64,000 nucleotides of DNA from Octopus vulgaris (Eukaryota): positions 111,476,001 to 111,540,000 of the forward strand of contig OX597815.1 of NCBI GenBank assembly GCA_951406725.2, written 5' to 3'. A program made the translations under genes and the position numbers. Each line of letters begins with the position of its first letter. The stretch's first letter is position 1. A model generated the notes under the pieces. That model saw only the letters and a list, made by a program, of their open reading frames with translations. It searched no databases and was not told the DNA's origin. Positions 38,669 to 52,798 of this stretch are shown in pieces.

Positions 38669-41657
38669 AAGATAGATTGATTGATTAATTCAAATCAGTT
38701 GAAGTAACTTTTAATAACAGAAGAAATCCGTGGCAAAAACACTCTATAGATAATTGGTTTCTATTATCTTCTTACAACTAAGCCAGACGTTTTGAATCTG
38801 CCCTGCTTAGATAAGACCAGTAAATATGTAGGCGTGCGGCTGTAATGAGAAAAGAAGCAATATTTTAAGTGAATAATAATGATGAGTATAATAGGAAGAG
38901 ATCAGGTGAAAAATGTAATTGTTGATAGTGAATGTTTAATAAGTTTACAGAAATTTCGATAAGGCAGAATTTTCAAGAGTTTTCACTTTATACGATTGAA
39001 GGGAAAGTATGAGCGGACCTGCTAAAATTGCTAACAGGTTAAAGGTGGAGTAAGTTTTAAAATAGTGACTGGTTTTGGGATTTGACTGAAAATGGTTGTG
39101 TGAGGGATGAGACAGTTAAAGGGTGGTATTTATGGAGTAATAACAAGTGTAAAAGGTAGAAAGGAAGTGAAAAATGTGAGACATAGAAGTTAAAAGAGCT
39201 GAAAAAGATTGCTAGGAAGTAAAGGGGAGAAAGTTGGATAATGAAGAAAGAGGAGGGGACAAAAGCAGGGTAACGCGAGGATAATGATGATGAGGAAGAA
39301 TTCGATGAGGGTGAGGATAATGATGATGATGATTATAATGATGATGATGATGATGATGAGGATAAGGAGGTGGAGGAAGATGAATATTTCTAAGAATAAT
39401 ACGAAAGAGAAAATAGCTGTAGAAGGTAATGAAATTGAGGAGAGTTAATGTGAGGAAATAAAATATTTAAGGCTGGGAAAATGAAGAACACAATGGATTA
39501 TAGGGGTCATTGCGATCAGAAGAGATTTGAGAAACCGTTATAGCATTACAAAAATGTCAATTTTTGCCCTGAAGAGATTTTTACCTTTTAAATGCATAAA
39601 GTGCAAAACTATGAATGAAGGTAAGAAATTGAAACGTACATAGGCCTTATGAAATTGACTATTAAATAAATAAATCGTTAGTTTCTGTTTCCAAACTCTC
39701 CATTTTCCTTAATATTATATTATGAAAAATCTGCTCTCTTATATCGAATGGATAACAACATCTATAACAACTGAAACTTCATAAGTGCTAATGTTAATAC
39801 AAAAATATTAATGAATTCAGAGTCTGATTGTTTCGCTTAGAGTGTTTGTGTCCTCGCACGTGTTGGTAAAACATATAGAACATGAAATTTTAATTTCATA
39901 AAATTCTTGTCACATCTTATTTGAAAAAAATTGTTAAGGAAGTATGTGATATGATCATTTGGCTATGGGCAATATTGCATTGAAAACTGGGAATCAGCTA
40001 TATGTTTCGTGAGCTCAAAGTTGATTATTCCTGGTCGAAATAAATGAAAATTATCAAAGATAGAGGTTTTTTCATTATATATATGGCATTCACGGAGATA
40101 GAGATAAAGGGTAATGGAGAAATAGTTAATCAAAATAGGATATTAAACATATCTGAATATCAGAATTTACCATGAAATCCATTTTGCCCACGGATATATG
40201 CTGCGGTATTAAGAGATATAACCAAACATTTTTCGCTATTATCTCTATTCCATCAACACATAGTCTTCTTAAATTGATTTCTTTCCTTTGTGATGCTCAA
40301 TTGCGTCGATGTCGTCAGTACTTATACTACATTCATAATATATGTTTATGAACTACAATCTTCGAGATTATAATTAAATCTAAATTTCATATTACTGTTT
40401 TTGTTAATACTTTGAATTTAAACTTAAAGGCGTTCAAGTCACTTTTATCGCCATGTCTTTTCTTACAGTGTATCAGAGAATCAGTTGCCTAATATTTATT
40501 CCTGTTGTTGAAGATTTCGGGATATGGTCGCGGAGATAAAAAAATCTGGTGTTTCTAGTTGATCAATTTCTTATAGTCCAGATTTATTTTTATTTTCCGA
40601 AAGTGCGAAATATACGAATAGGCATCATTCGTATGCATATTTTTTTATGTAGGTCTTTTGTGTTCATATGCATACATATATTCCTAGTACTGATTACATG
40701 TTGAATAAGTGGTCGCGTTCAATGACTAAAATATTCCCTTATGGAAACTAAAAATTTACGACCTCATTTGGTGCACATCACTCTTCTCGTTCTTTCACTC
40801 TCTCAGCATATAGCGTGTATGTGCATGCGTGTGAGTGCACGCGAACACGCGTGCAGGTGTGTGTGTCTGCACAGTGGTGAACATACATCACAAACACTCG
40901 CACATATATGTGCAGAAAGAGAGAGAGAGAGAGAGAGAGAGAGTGATACAGACAGACAGAGGCAGAGAGAGAGACAAGGGAAAGAGGAAAATAGAGTTCT
41001 GAATTACTGTGTGATTCTCTTGTTCTGTAATCTCTTTGAAGGTGCATGCCCTACTGGTTTGGTTGTTGCAAGTATGATAGCATGATCATAGTACTGATTC
41101 CCGACTGAGCGATGTGTAGTATTCCTGATCAATAGATTTCATTTCACGTTACTCCCATCCAGTCAGGAATAAATAAGTAATCCTATGACAAACTGGCGCC
41201 CTGCTCACAGAAAATGAAGTGATCTTCGTCGTATATAAGCTTGAAACCTGATAGCCAGCCCTATAAGTGCCAGGATTTAAGGCAATAATTTCCAGGGGAT
41301 TTACTAATTACCCTCGTCTGCACATCTGTTGTTATTTACTGAAAAACTCCATTACTACATAACAAAACTTGTTACAATTTGGTCCTCTGTGCATATGATA
41401 TACGTAGCATTTTAACCTTTTAACAAGCAATTAATGACTTTCTGGTGTCTACTAAAGTTAGTACCATCATTAGGAAGGCATTAGGAAGAGATTAGGAAGA
41501 CATACTTATACATTAACCATAACTCATTCTCTCCATTATCAGACATGAGAGGAATAAAATCTTGAAGCCAGCACCTTCTACACTCAATTATCAAATAAAT
41601 TGCTTGAACAATATTTTCAATTAAATTCGCGTCTACTATATCACTAGCTGGTGATTG

Positions 41658-41704
41658 ACACACGCTGAGGATGGGTAACCAACCAGAAACTCAAGGCCGT
41701 GTGT
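41658..41704 (+). ncRNA. Degenerate type I hammerhead
   Basis: acacacg CTGAGGA tgg..cca GAAA ctcaag GC cgtgtgt: 7-bp stem I, but the cleavage triplet is GGC rather than NUH. Confidence 0.6.
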
Positions 41705-41916
41705 ATCACGTCAGACTAGAGATGGGAACGACGACCTCCCCTCGCAAATACTAATCGGACACAGAATGTGTGTCGTTATCCTGCTGGTAGAGATGCCTCC
41801 CTGGGGCTATAAATTCTTGTAACAATGCCCCGTACAGGGCGTCAATCTTGGTTGGTAATTATATGTAATGATTCCGAATTGTTACTGTTTACATCTCGCT
41901 TAGAAATTTAATATAA

Positions 41917-41973
<57 letters not shown>

Positions 41974-41975
<2 letters not shown>

Positions 41976-43120
41976 ATTTCTTCTGATTTAGATTTGAAAA
42001 TACTAAGAATCAAACATACCCGTCCGATATCTGTAACATCGGACAAACCATGCCAGACACCCAGTACTAGCGAATCCAAAAATACGAATGAGATCTATTA
42101 TTCTCCCTGTCCACCCACGTGAGTCATAGAGCATTACATTTCTACAGAGGTAAAAACTGCAGTTCAAATTCTTAGAGATAAAGCATTATATTGTCATCAT
42201 AAAGTGGGGTAGAATTAATTAATTGTTAATAAATTCTACCAAGCAGTATTCGGTATGTAAAGCCCATTTACGGTATATTTGAAGTATTAACTTATAAAAA
42301 TATGGTAAAGTAAAAAAATTCACTTTACCACATACCGAACTTTTCAGAAATAGCAGCCAAAAATTTGGCTATTTCTTCAACTGCAAATAAAAGTCTCCAG
42401 ACAATGCATACTCAGAAAATAACTCACATAGGTATAAGGGAAAAAACAATGAAAGATCACATCCATATACGATACCCGAGGACAGTCTGTTTCTGGATTT
42501 GTGGGTAAAACGCCACTTTTCCTTCATCAGCTCAGAGCAGTATTCGGTATGTATACCGAATACTGCTTGGTAGAATTTATTAACAATTAATTAATACCGA
42601 ATACTGCTTGGTAGAATTTATTAACAATTAATTAATTCTACCCCCCTTTATGATGACAATATAATGCTTTATCTCCAAGAATTTGAACTGCAGTTTTTAC
42701 CTCTGTAGAAATGTAATGCTCTATGATTCACGTGGGTGGACAGGGAGAATAATAGATCTCATTCGTATTTTTGGATTCGCTAGTACTGGGTGTCTGGCAT
42801 GGTTTGTCCGATGTTACAGATATCGGACGGGTATGTTTGATTCTTAGTATTTTCAAATCTAAATCAGAAGAAATCTCTGAGCTGATGAAGGAAAAGTGGC
42901 GTTTTACCCACAAATCCAGAAACAGACTGTCCTCGGGTATCGTATATGGATGTGATCTTTCATTGTTTTTTCCCTTATACCTATGTGAGTTATTTTCTGA
43001 GTATGCATTGTCTGGAGACTTTTATTTGCAGTTGAAGAAATAACCAAATTTTTGGCTGCTATTTCTGAAAAGTTCGGTGTGTGGTAAAGTGAATTTTTTT
43101 ACTTTACCATATTTTTATAA

Positions 43121-43121
<1 letters not shown>
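41974..43121. mobile_element. Inverted pair of circularly permuted ~562-nt hammerhead monomers in (TA)n
   Basis: Minus monomer 41974-42535. The plus copy (42554-43121) has the same sequence opened at a different point. Confidence 0.9.
42877..42936 (+). ncRNA. Type I hammerhead ribozyme (identical minus-strand copy at 42476-42535)
   Basis: ctgag CTGATGA a-gga-aaa-gtgg..ccac-aaa-tcc-a GAAA cag-a-ctg TC ctcgg; GUC triplet, predicted cleavage after 42931. Confidence 0.88.
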
Positions 43122-43190
<69 letters not shown>

Positions 43191-43284
43191 GTATATACAT
43201 ATGTATATACATATATACATACATAAATATATATATCTATACACACATACACACATACACACACACATACTAATATATGCCTGT

Positions 43285-43790
43285 ATTGTTAAGGGCATGA
43301 TTGATTTCCATTACTGGGATCACCTTAAAACGTTGAAACTCTATTATCTCCACCACCGCCGCGAGCGATTCATCATTTGCACGATGTGGATAATATACCG
43401 CCAGTATTTCCCAAATGACCTCAACATTAGCTTTAAAATTCATCCAAGGATAGGTCCATGGGCCATAATTCCTTTACCCAATTCAAGATCATAAGACATA
43501 AATACACTGCAACACAATTTGTTTTCCTGAACAGACCTATTTAACATTGTCCCCCAAAAAGATCAAACGGAAAAGGATCTGATATCTTTAATGGGAATCT
43601 GGGCAAATTTGTTCAAAGAATACCAGATAAGCCACCTAAACTTGGATACAACTCGTTCAACAAGAATTCTCTACTCGAATGGACGATGATACCTAAAAAA
43701 TTGAGATTTAGAAAAGGATTTAGATAATCCTATCAGGCCTGCATCAATCTTTGGTTGAAACATAACTAAGTTTTATCTAAGTAAGTTTTA
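43285..43790 (+). mobile_element. CR1/L2-group LINE 3' fragment
   Basis: YWDHLKTLKLYYLHHRRER motif. Confidence 0.75.
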
Positions 43791-44609
43791 TATATACAGA
43801 TATGCATGTGTATGTATACGCATATATATATATGTGTGTGTATGTATACGCGTATATATATGTATGTGTGTATCTGTGGGCATTTGTGTATGTGTGTTTG
43901 CGTATGTAATGAAAGACATACACACATATATGTATCTATTTCGCTGGTTTATCTAGAAAGATTATTAATTCAACGCCGGATTTCTGCTTTCGCTCAAACG
44001 TCCAAATTTTAACAAAAAAATACATACATGCATACATACACATATATACACACATACATGCATATACGTGTTTGTGTGTTCATATCTGCTTTGGGGAAAA
44101 GTTACCGTTCTATTCTCAATAAACGCAACATACACAGTCCTGGCACATGACAAGAATTTGGGCATTTTCCTGGAAATATAGAGATATTGATTGCGGTGTT
44201 TCTAGCTAATTAAGAAAATGTACTTTAATAGAGAAGAGTCCGTTGGATGTTAATCAAAATACCTCGCAGGAAATGGTCAAATACTGTAGAGATATCCGTT
44301 ATCACTGTTTGTATTATCGCGATTTTAGTTATAAATTCCCTGAAGTATTAATAAAATGATTTTAGAAAATGGTATTTAAAGTTCAACAGAACGTAATTAT
44401 AAATACCTACTTGCGTACATAGGAATAGAAATGTATATATTTCTTTCTTTCTCTCACTATCTCTATCTCCTTCTCGGTCTTTCTTCTATAGCTCTCAATC
44501 ACTCTCTGTTTATATATATACAGGCGCACATACAGAGATATATAGGGTGCGACAGGGATTTGAGGACAGTTTTGGTAAATAATAAGACAACAATCTTTCA
44601 GCATAAATA

Positions 44610-44890
44610 CATATGTATTTGAATAAACCTTTGTTCAATTAGTCTTGATAATAGTTTTTTAAGCAAAACCACCTTCAGCATCGATGACTGCTTCAATGCG
44701 AACCAAAGCCCGTAGCATGCTGACATTATATGCTCCTTATTCAGTGAAGCTATGTTATCATGATGATGACGATTAGTCTCCTCTTCAACAACACTCCACA
44801 CGTAGTTGTCCATGGGGTTCAAATCTGACCAGTGTGGAGGCCACATATTGGATGTAGCATAATTGTAAAGATTGTCTGACAACCATTATG
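44610..44890 (-). pseudogene. Tc1/mariner (DD37D/maT-like) transposase fragment
   Basis: NMWPPHWSDLNPMDNYVWSVVE. Confidence 0.75.
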
Positions 44891-45554
44891 GGGTGATATC
44901 TCTATATATAATATATATATATATATATATATCTATCATCATCAGTATGGCCACGACCTAAGGGCTAAACGTGTTGAAAAAACAGAATAAAAGAAAACAC
45001 CTCAACATAGAAGCATACAAATACACACATATACATTCATACATACACACACACACATATATATATATAATTAATGGCTACTTTCTCGTATACGATCAAA
45101 GGCCGTTGCTAGAGGGTATCATTGAAATGTGTCATTGATAATGCAATGAGTCCCTTGTATTAGCCTTCATCCTCGCCAAAGATTTATTCATTTTATTACA
45201 TAGCGCACTGATGTGCTGAGTGTTAGAAGGAACTGGTGCTATAGTATGAAATATTTTGACGTCTTTTTAATCCTCCAACTGAACGGCACATCTTTCCACA
45301 GGTTGCACATGCTCTGTTGTCAACAATAGCTGAAACATAATTTACAAAGAGTCTGTTGATGGGAAACCTGGTTGGCATAAGTAATGCTTTTCCTCCTAGA
45401 AATCACACACATAAAAATCAATATTGCTTCATTTTCTACTGGTTCATTCTAAGCTTTCACCTGACCTCCTCGTGCTTCATTCTCTGTCTTTCAAACTTCA
45501 AGTTAGTTACACACACACAAATACGTATATATATATATATATATATATATATAC

Positions 45555-46254
45555 CCGTAAATATTAGAGAGCCAACTTTGAATATGTTAACTCTAAGTGC
45601 TAGAAATAGACCCGACCGGTAAAAGTCGCCGACGATAATTCCACATAGAAATAGCACCACAGTCAACGCTATGAAATTAAATTACAACTAAATAATGGAT
45701 TAATGTTGTACAATTGTTTCTTCATTAACAAAATATGCAGACTACACTTACATAATTGTCTATGATTCGTCAGCAACATTTGTCAATATAATTGATCAGA
45801 CCCTTACAAGCGACGATTCTCCTATGGTCTGATGAATTACATTCGGGTTGTAGTTACAAATTTCCCACCGAAAGTAAATGCTAAGTGGAAGTGAATACCG
45901 CATGTAATATTTACTGCAGCATATCAAATCAATACATTCAATAATGAGGGTGAATAAAATTATAGATATTAATTTAATAATACCCTTATTTTAACACCAA
46001 GCGACCTAGCACAAAAAAACCGGGGATACAAATTCATATTTATCCGTAAATATTAGAGAGCCAACTTTGAATATGTTAACTCTAAATGCTAGAAATAGAC
46101 CCGACCGGTAATAGAGTTAACATATTCAAAGTTGGCTCTCTAATATTTACGGATAAATATGAATTTGTATCCCCGGTTTTTTTTGTGCTAGGTCACTTGG
46201 TGTTAAAATAAGGGTATTATTAAATTAATATCTATAATTTTATTCACCCTCATT

Positions 46255-46261
<7 letters not shown>
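45555..46261. mobile_element. 489-nt hammerhead unit (1.14 copies) plus an inverted ~150-bp fragment, in (TA)n
   Basis: Direct repeat 45555-45622 = 46044-46111; 46112-46261 is the reverse complement of 45936-46084. Confidence 0.88.
45703..45779 (-). ncRNA. Type I hammerhead ribozyme
   Basis: atgttg CTGACGA a-tcat-agac..gtct..atga-a GAAA caattg TA caacat; perfect 6-bp stem I and palindromic stem III. Confidence 0.85.
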
Positions 46262-46302
<41 letters not shown>

Positions 46303-46639
46303 TACATACATGCACACACACACACACACATACACACACAAACACATATATGGACATTTTCATGCGTGTATATACGAGCGTTTTCTTATGTATTCCACAT
46401 ACTGCTGTATGACATTACAATACTATTTACATCTGTCATCTAAAGGCCTCAACTCCTCCAGTTATGCAGTATATCAAAACAGGACATCTGGGACATTTCG
46501 GTTCACATTCTAGATCGCATTCAAGAATCGATGGGGCAAGAAATCATGTAAACAAATACATACAAACACAAATATACACACATATTCAAATATACGTAAG
46601 TTTATCTATCGCTTGTGTTTGTGCATTCATGCATATACC

Positions 46640-47005
46640 TACATACATACTGAGGCGATCTAGCGCCGCTACACAAAGAAGATTGACTCGGTGAAACAGA
46701 TGAGCTACTGGGAGAGTCTACAAGATTTGAAGCTCTATGCCTGGAAAGAAGGCGAGGAAGGTATGCAGTGATATACATACCGAAGATCCTGGAAGGTCTA
46801 ACTCCTAGTTGGGATTTAAATGCTATACGAACCAGCAAACTGGACGGCACCGCATAGTACCAAAGATACCACTTTCTTTACCTCAGCTAAGTACCTGGTA
46901 TTACAACATCTTGGCTTTCAGGAGTATAACTGTTTAACATCCTGCCAAGTAACCTACAAAATCTGCAAGTTGTAAAAGTGGAAACGTTTCAAAAGGCACC
47001 TGAAC
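46640..47005 (+). mobile_element. CR1/L2-group LINE 3' fragment
   Basis: SYWESLQDLKLY..(frameshift)..ERRRGRYAVIYIPKILEGL. Confidence 0.72.
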
Positions 47006-47023
47006 AATATATATATATATATA

Positions 47024-47086
47024 CTAGCTGAAGGTGACCCGCTCTACGCGCGGGTAAGAGTGTGGTATATATATATAAATGTATAC

Positions 47087-47124
<38 letters not shown>

Positions 47125-48750
47125 AATACAGATATATGCACTTTGTATATATAAAGATTATTATATATACATATTTATATATAGATACACAAACACATAT
47201 ATAAATTAACCCAATAAATATCTGATTCATAATATTTGTTGTCATGATTGAGTGGTGGTTGTGGCGATGATAATTCTCTCTATGAATGCAGACAGACGTG
47301 GAGAGTGAGAGTGTGTGAAAGCGCTGTGGAAGGCAGGGAGGGGGATAACGGACGCTGTGAAACGACGTTATAAAGAGAAAGTGAATGTAAGGGAGGTAGA
47401 CGCTGTGAAACGACGTTATAGATAGAAAGTGAAAGGAAGGGAGAAAAGTGAGTGAGTGATGGAGGAAGACAGATACATAAAAGAATGAGAGTGTTGGATG
47501 TTTTGTTTGTTGGACCAATGAATTAAGGTAGTATTGTTTTATTGTTTTAAAACGAAAGAGGCAATGTGTTTGTTTCAAAAATTGAAAAATCTGTTATAGT
47601 GAATGAAATTAGAATTCACACCCAGCTCAGTTTTGTAGAAAGAGTATCACGATGTGAACTCATGAGTTGGGAGTTTGACTGAGAGAGTTTATATGGTGAC
47701 ACATGCCAGTCCTTTCGACACCACCTAAACAATGGAATAGTGTATAAAATGTAATTAACAACTCATTCACTTTATGAATGTCTTATGTTAGCGAAGAAAC
47801 AATAACTTGACAAAACCGTTTAATGGAGACGTAGAAGGAATCGGAAAATGAGGAATAAAGAGAATGAGTTGGATCAAATGTTTGCAAACATCTGAACCCA
47901 ATGTTCTTTATGAACCATGTTCTTTTTAATGTCTTTATTTTCAAGAATGAAGAGATAATGAAGAGGTGCAAAATAAAAAATCAAGCAAAATTTCATGACT
48001 TACAATCAGTTTTCTTTTTTCAGAGCCTCCTGATAAACCACGTTCCTTGTGCGCTCATGATTACTAAGAATGAAGAGTTTATGTGGATTTCCAACTCGAG
48101 AACAGGCTACGTACAATTGACCATGACTGAAAACCGGTTGTGACAGGTTAATGCCTACAATGTCCAGTGATTGTCCCTGTGACTTGTTGATTGTCATCGC
48201 GAAGCATAGTTTTATTGGAAATTGAAAGCGTTTAAACTGAATGGGAACATCAGAGGGTGAAATACTCATTTTATGTATCATTTTGATTGTTCCTACAAAT
48301 GGTCCACTCAAAATTTCAGCAGTTATAACATGGCTTTGAATCCTCCTAATAACCATTCGGGTTCCATTGCATATTTCAGGCGTTTCCATATTTCTGAGCA
48401 CCATGATTGGAGCACCAACTTTCAAACACAAATGATGAGGTGGAAGTCCCGGAGGTGTTAGCTTGTTGAGTAGCTCGGGTGGATATTTGACTGCATCATT
48501 CTCATATTTATTTGTATCGATGGACATGAAAGAAACTATCTCACCAGGATTCATATCAAGTACTTGTTTATTTGTAGCCTCAGCGGTTGTATTATGAGGC
48601 GATAGAATAGCTCTTGCTCTTAGCCAATCGAGATCCTGGAAGTTGGTTTCGACGTCAGGTAAAACGGCTCTTATAAGTTCTTCTACATTTGGAACGAAAT
48701 TCCCAAAAGGCAACCGAATATGCTCATCATCAACGAAAGGCAAAACTCCA
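47024..48750 (-). mobile_element. Helitron 3' portion
   Basis: Minus strand ends ACCCGC-gcgtaga-GCGGGT..CTAG|T at 47024 and contains the helicase C-terminus. Confidence 0.88.
48006..48743 (-). pseudogene. Helitron RepHel PIF1-like helicase C-terminal fragment (open, 245 aa)
   Basis: RAILSPHN, PPGLPPHHLCLKVGAPIMVLRN, FPIKLCFAMTINKSQGQSL, VFSHGQLYVACSRV, TRNVVYQE. Confidence 0.93.
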
Positions 48751-49199
48751 TGAAATCATTCTAATTAAGCTTCTGATTGAATATTTTGTGGGTGAAATTT
48801 GAGAGACGGAAGTGTTGCGTATTCTAATGTTTTAAGCATGGTATGCAGAGAGAGGATAATATTAAACTAAGGGGTTTATATACGAGTAACAAAATAACCT
48901 GCAGGAGAAGCGGGTATGATTTACTGGATACATAAGCGATATTAATGAAGATAGTACGTTTAAAAACTACAGAAGTAAGCTACTGGTGAGATATAATTCA
49001 ATAAAAGGATATTAAAATTTGTTGTAATTACCCTGCAATTTTTTCAATCATTTGAAATGCGATCATGTTGGGACACTGTCTCGAGGGATTTAATCGGGCG
49101 AATCAACCTCAGTATTGTTACTAATTCTACTGGTTTCTCTTGCCGAGCCACTAAATCTACGTCAGCGTAAACAGAGACCGGTTGTCAAGTGTTGTGGAG

Positions 49200-51157
49200 A
49201 TAAATACAACTTTTCCTTTCTAATATTGCTGATGTAGATCTCACTTCTAACATCACCGTGCAGCCTTCCTTGATTAATAGTAGCTCAGTTTCCAGGAGTC
49301 ATTTTGGACTCGTTGTATCTTTTCATACGGTAATCTAGACCTGAAAGGGCTAAGTTTCTGTAAGAACCCGGGGGAACTTCAAATGGCATTGAGCCGATTT
49401 AAGCTACTTGCAATATCTGGATGAATAAGAAGAAATCCCAGGGTGGTTGACAAAACGATGGACGGTGTTGTGCCTGAAAGATATATCAAAGGGAAATACT
49501 GCTGACAATTAAGGTAAATTCGTTGCTTCCCATTAATGTGGATCAGAGTGTGCTTAGATTTGTTTGGAGCTGCGAGGAATGTACCGTGTTTCCTGAAGAG
49601 GAGTATGTTGGGATGGGAAACTGAGTTGACATCCTACGGCAAAAGATTGTGCACCCTCGGAATCAGGAGACGGGTTTTTCAGGGGGGTAGCTTATCTCCG
49701 TTGATTTTTGTTCTCTGCATGATCTCTCCTGGGATATCAGCTAGAGGGAAACTATCAAACAATCAACCACTTCCTCGTCATGCATAATTGGAAGCTGTGT
49801 GGCAAGGATGAAGCACAAGTGAGTTTCTTAGTGAACTCGGTCCACTGTTTTAATGCTAATATTACAATGGAATTCGGACTCAAGGAGAGTGGAGTAGACA
49901 AGGTACAGTCCCTAGGAAGGATAGAATTATCTAACTGAGGACTGATTAAACAAATCGAAAAAGAAGGCTGCAAATACCTTAGCATACTAGAGCAACTGAG
50001 GATGGAATATTTCCGAAGACTAAGTTTGGTGTTGCGCTCAAAATTCACCGGATGGAATAAAATTCAAGCGGTTAATACATGTGTGATAGCATCACTTTTA
50101 TATGGAGCTGGAGTTTTAAAATAGCAAAAGAGAGAAATGAAGAAAATGGATATCAATACAAGTAAAATGTTGAGAGAGAAGTTTGATCAGTTGGCAGGTA
50201 TGTATAGAAACAGAGGAAAACAGCTTAATGTGGTATGTATCAAATGTGGAATCACTGTTGCAACATGAAGAAGGCCAGAGTCATTGAACTGATAATTGTG
50301 TAAAGAAAGGAAAACTTAAACAGGAAAAGAACACAAAAAAGGAACATCATGGAAGGGGAAAACTTACTGTCAGTTCGCAAGAGATACGAACGTCAAGACA
50401 GATACAGAAGACCGGTGGCTACGGATAAGGATGATTAACCTGAAGATAGAGACAGAAGCACTTCTATGCGCAGCTCAAGAGCAAGCGTTAAGGACTAACT
50501 ATGTGAAGTTACAAAATGTGTGGTGAGAGGGGTGAAACGGTATGATACATCGTTAGAGAATGCAAGAAATTGGCAAAACGTTAATAGAAAAGACACCAAG
50601 ATAATTAGGCAAGAATGATCCATGGGAGCTCTGTGAAAATCACGACCTACAATGAGCAAAGAGGTGATATGAACAAACCTCAGACAGAGTTGCCGAGAAG
50701 GAAGATTGCAAAATCTTGTGGGAGGCAATGTTTCATTGCGATCACCTGAATAGATATCGGAAACCGGACATTGTCGTGGTGGAAACAAAAAAGCAGAGCA
50801 TGCATGATAATCGACATAGCACGTCCTGGTGACAACAGGATCAAAGAGAAAAATGAAAAAAAAAAAACAACTATGATGATTTGAAGTGAGAAATACGAAG
50901 GTTGGGATCAATGAAGAGAGTCAACGTGGGTACCAATAGTAATTGGCGCAGTTGGAAATATCAGCACTCAAATACCCACATGGCTCAATAAGATTGGCAC
51001 AAATGCAAAGGTCGATCACCTACAAAAATCAGCATTGTTTGGAGCTGCAAAAATATTTTGAATAACGACCAGTAAAGAAATGTCACCTTAGTCTGATGGC
51101 TGTGGATAGCTGACACTTTCCATCATACCCAGCAAAATAAGCTGTGAGTTTCAATCA

Positions 51158-51160
<3 letters not shown>
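49200..51160 (+). mobile_element. R4/Dong-like (REL endonuclease) non-LTR retrotransposon, decayed, ending in (TAA)n
   Basis: VFQGGSLSPLIF RT motif, AAQEQALRTNY, degenerate CCHC, PDIVVV; (TAA)n at 51160-51205. Confidence 0.8.
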
Positions 51161-51206
<46 letters not shown>

Positions 51207-51218
51207 TATACATATATG

Positions 51219-52054
51219 TGATGTGGTATCAGCACTTTTCCGGACTACTTGTGTAACACGCCAACAGATCGCAGCTCAAGACTGCTTGCTCAGTGAGAAC
51301 TAGCAGTGATTTTCGTGAGGCGGTGTTCCGAGTGACATCGCTGTGTTTACTTTGAAAGTTATGAAATTTGAGTTTTTTTGTGATCACGTATATGTTGGTA
51401 GAAAGGTCCTGCGTGAAATCTTGAGTTATACTTGGGAAGCCTGTTACAGAGATATCCAGCGTGCTTGGCGATATGTTAATGTATCATATGTAATGTTTCG
51501 AGTGGCACGGACGCTTTGAAAGCAGAAAAGTTACACTGAAGGACGATGAGCAGTCTGGAAGACCTTCGATGAGCGTCATTCCAGGAAATATGGCGAAATT
51601 TCATCAGAGGACAATGACCGATGTTTGAGAGGCATTCAGTGAAATCGCATGTATCTGAGGTGCGTGAACTCTGGGATTCTCCACGACGAAAAAACACCCT
51701 GTCATCGAGTTCTCCTCACTCGTGAGTTTATCGTTAACAACAATATGGTATCGCTTGCGTACCCGCCCTATTCACCAGATCTAGCACCTGCAGACTTCTA
51801 TCTCTTCCCCAAAAGGAAAATGTTACTCAAAGGTTGCCGTTATAACACCGTTGTCGATATCAAAATCAAATCACAGAAGGTCTTTTTACAGAAAATGACG
51901 TCCAGGCCGGATTCCAAAACTGTCAGGAAAGTTGGTTGGGATCATTGTATTCCTGTGCATGGTGACTACTTCGAGTGAAATATTGTTAAAATTCAGGTAA
52001 AAAAGTTAGTCGTTATTAAACATAACTTGACCGGGAATGTTTTGATACTATCTC

Positions 52055-52055
<1 letters not shown>
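51219..52055 (+). mobile_element. mariner (DD34D) transposon, internally deleted
   Basis: ILHDEKTPCH and YPPYSPDLAPADFYLF motifs; imperfect TIRs gtggtatcagcacttttccgg / ccgggaatgttttgatactat. Confidence 0.85.
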
Positions 52056-52149
<94 letters not shown>

Positions 52150-52713
52150 GCAGAATGTATGTACAGCTAGACTCCACTTAGTTACTATCAACCAAATTTA
52201 TTCACAAGGCATTGGTGAACCTGGTGGTATAGCAGAAGACAATTGCCCAAAACACAAAACTGCGTGGTCCGAAAGCAAACTTCTTAATGCATACACCTAC
52301 AAGTAATATCTAAAGTTACTGGCTATGACGATATTAATGACGTTTAAAACCTATGGTTATAATATCACACAGATACAGTACAAAGACGACTGTACATTGT
52401 TTGGGGGATAATGTCACTGTAGTTAGTATATATACCTAGAGAAATTTGAAAGTGCGGTAATTAGCTTAGTCAGTCAAGGAACAGTAATAGTTGGTGCGGA
52501 CGCGGGGTTGTTTTAAGCAAGTGGAAAATGCAGGGACAAGTTTGCTGAAAGAAATGTATACACATCATTTTCTGCATATATCTTTGCTATTGTGTATGTA
52601 TAAATATGACAATATACATGTGTAAGTGTTTGTACTTGCATGTGTAAACATGCATGAATATAAATAAATATACATATACAATTATATAGATGTTTATATA
52701 CACACCTGCCCAC

Positions 52714-52798
<85 letters not shown>

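Noticed and set aside
39270-39390. Acidic poly-D/E-like stretch
   Set aside because: A degenerate (GAT/GAG)n repeat closed by stops, with no splice or ORF context.
45826-45890. Plus-strand CTGATGA...GAAA in the 489-nt unit
   Set aside because: No consistent stem I closes around an NUH; the well-formed ribozyme is on the minus strand.
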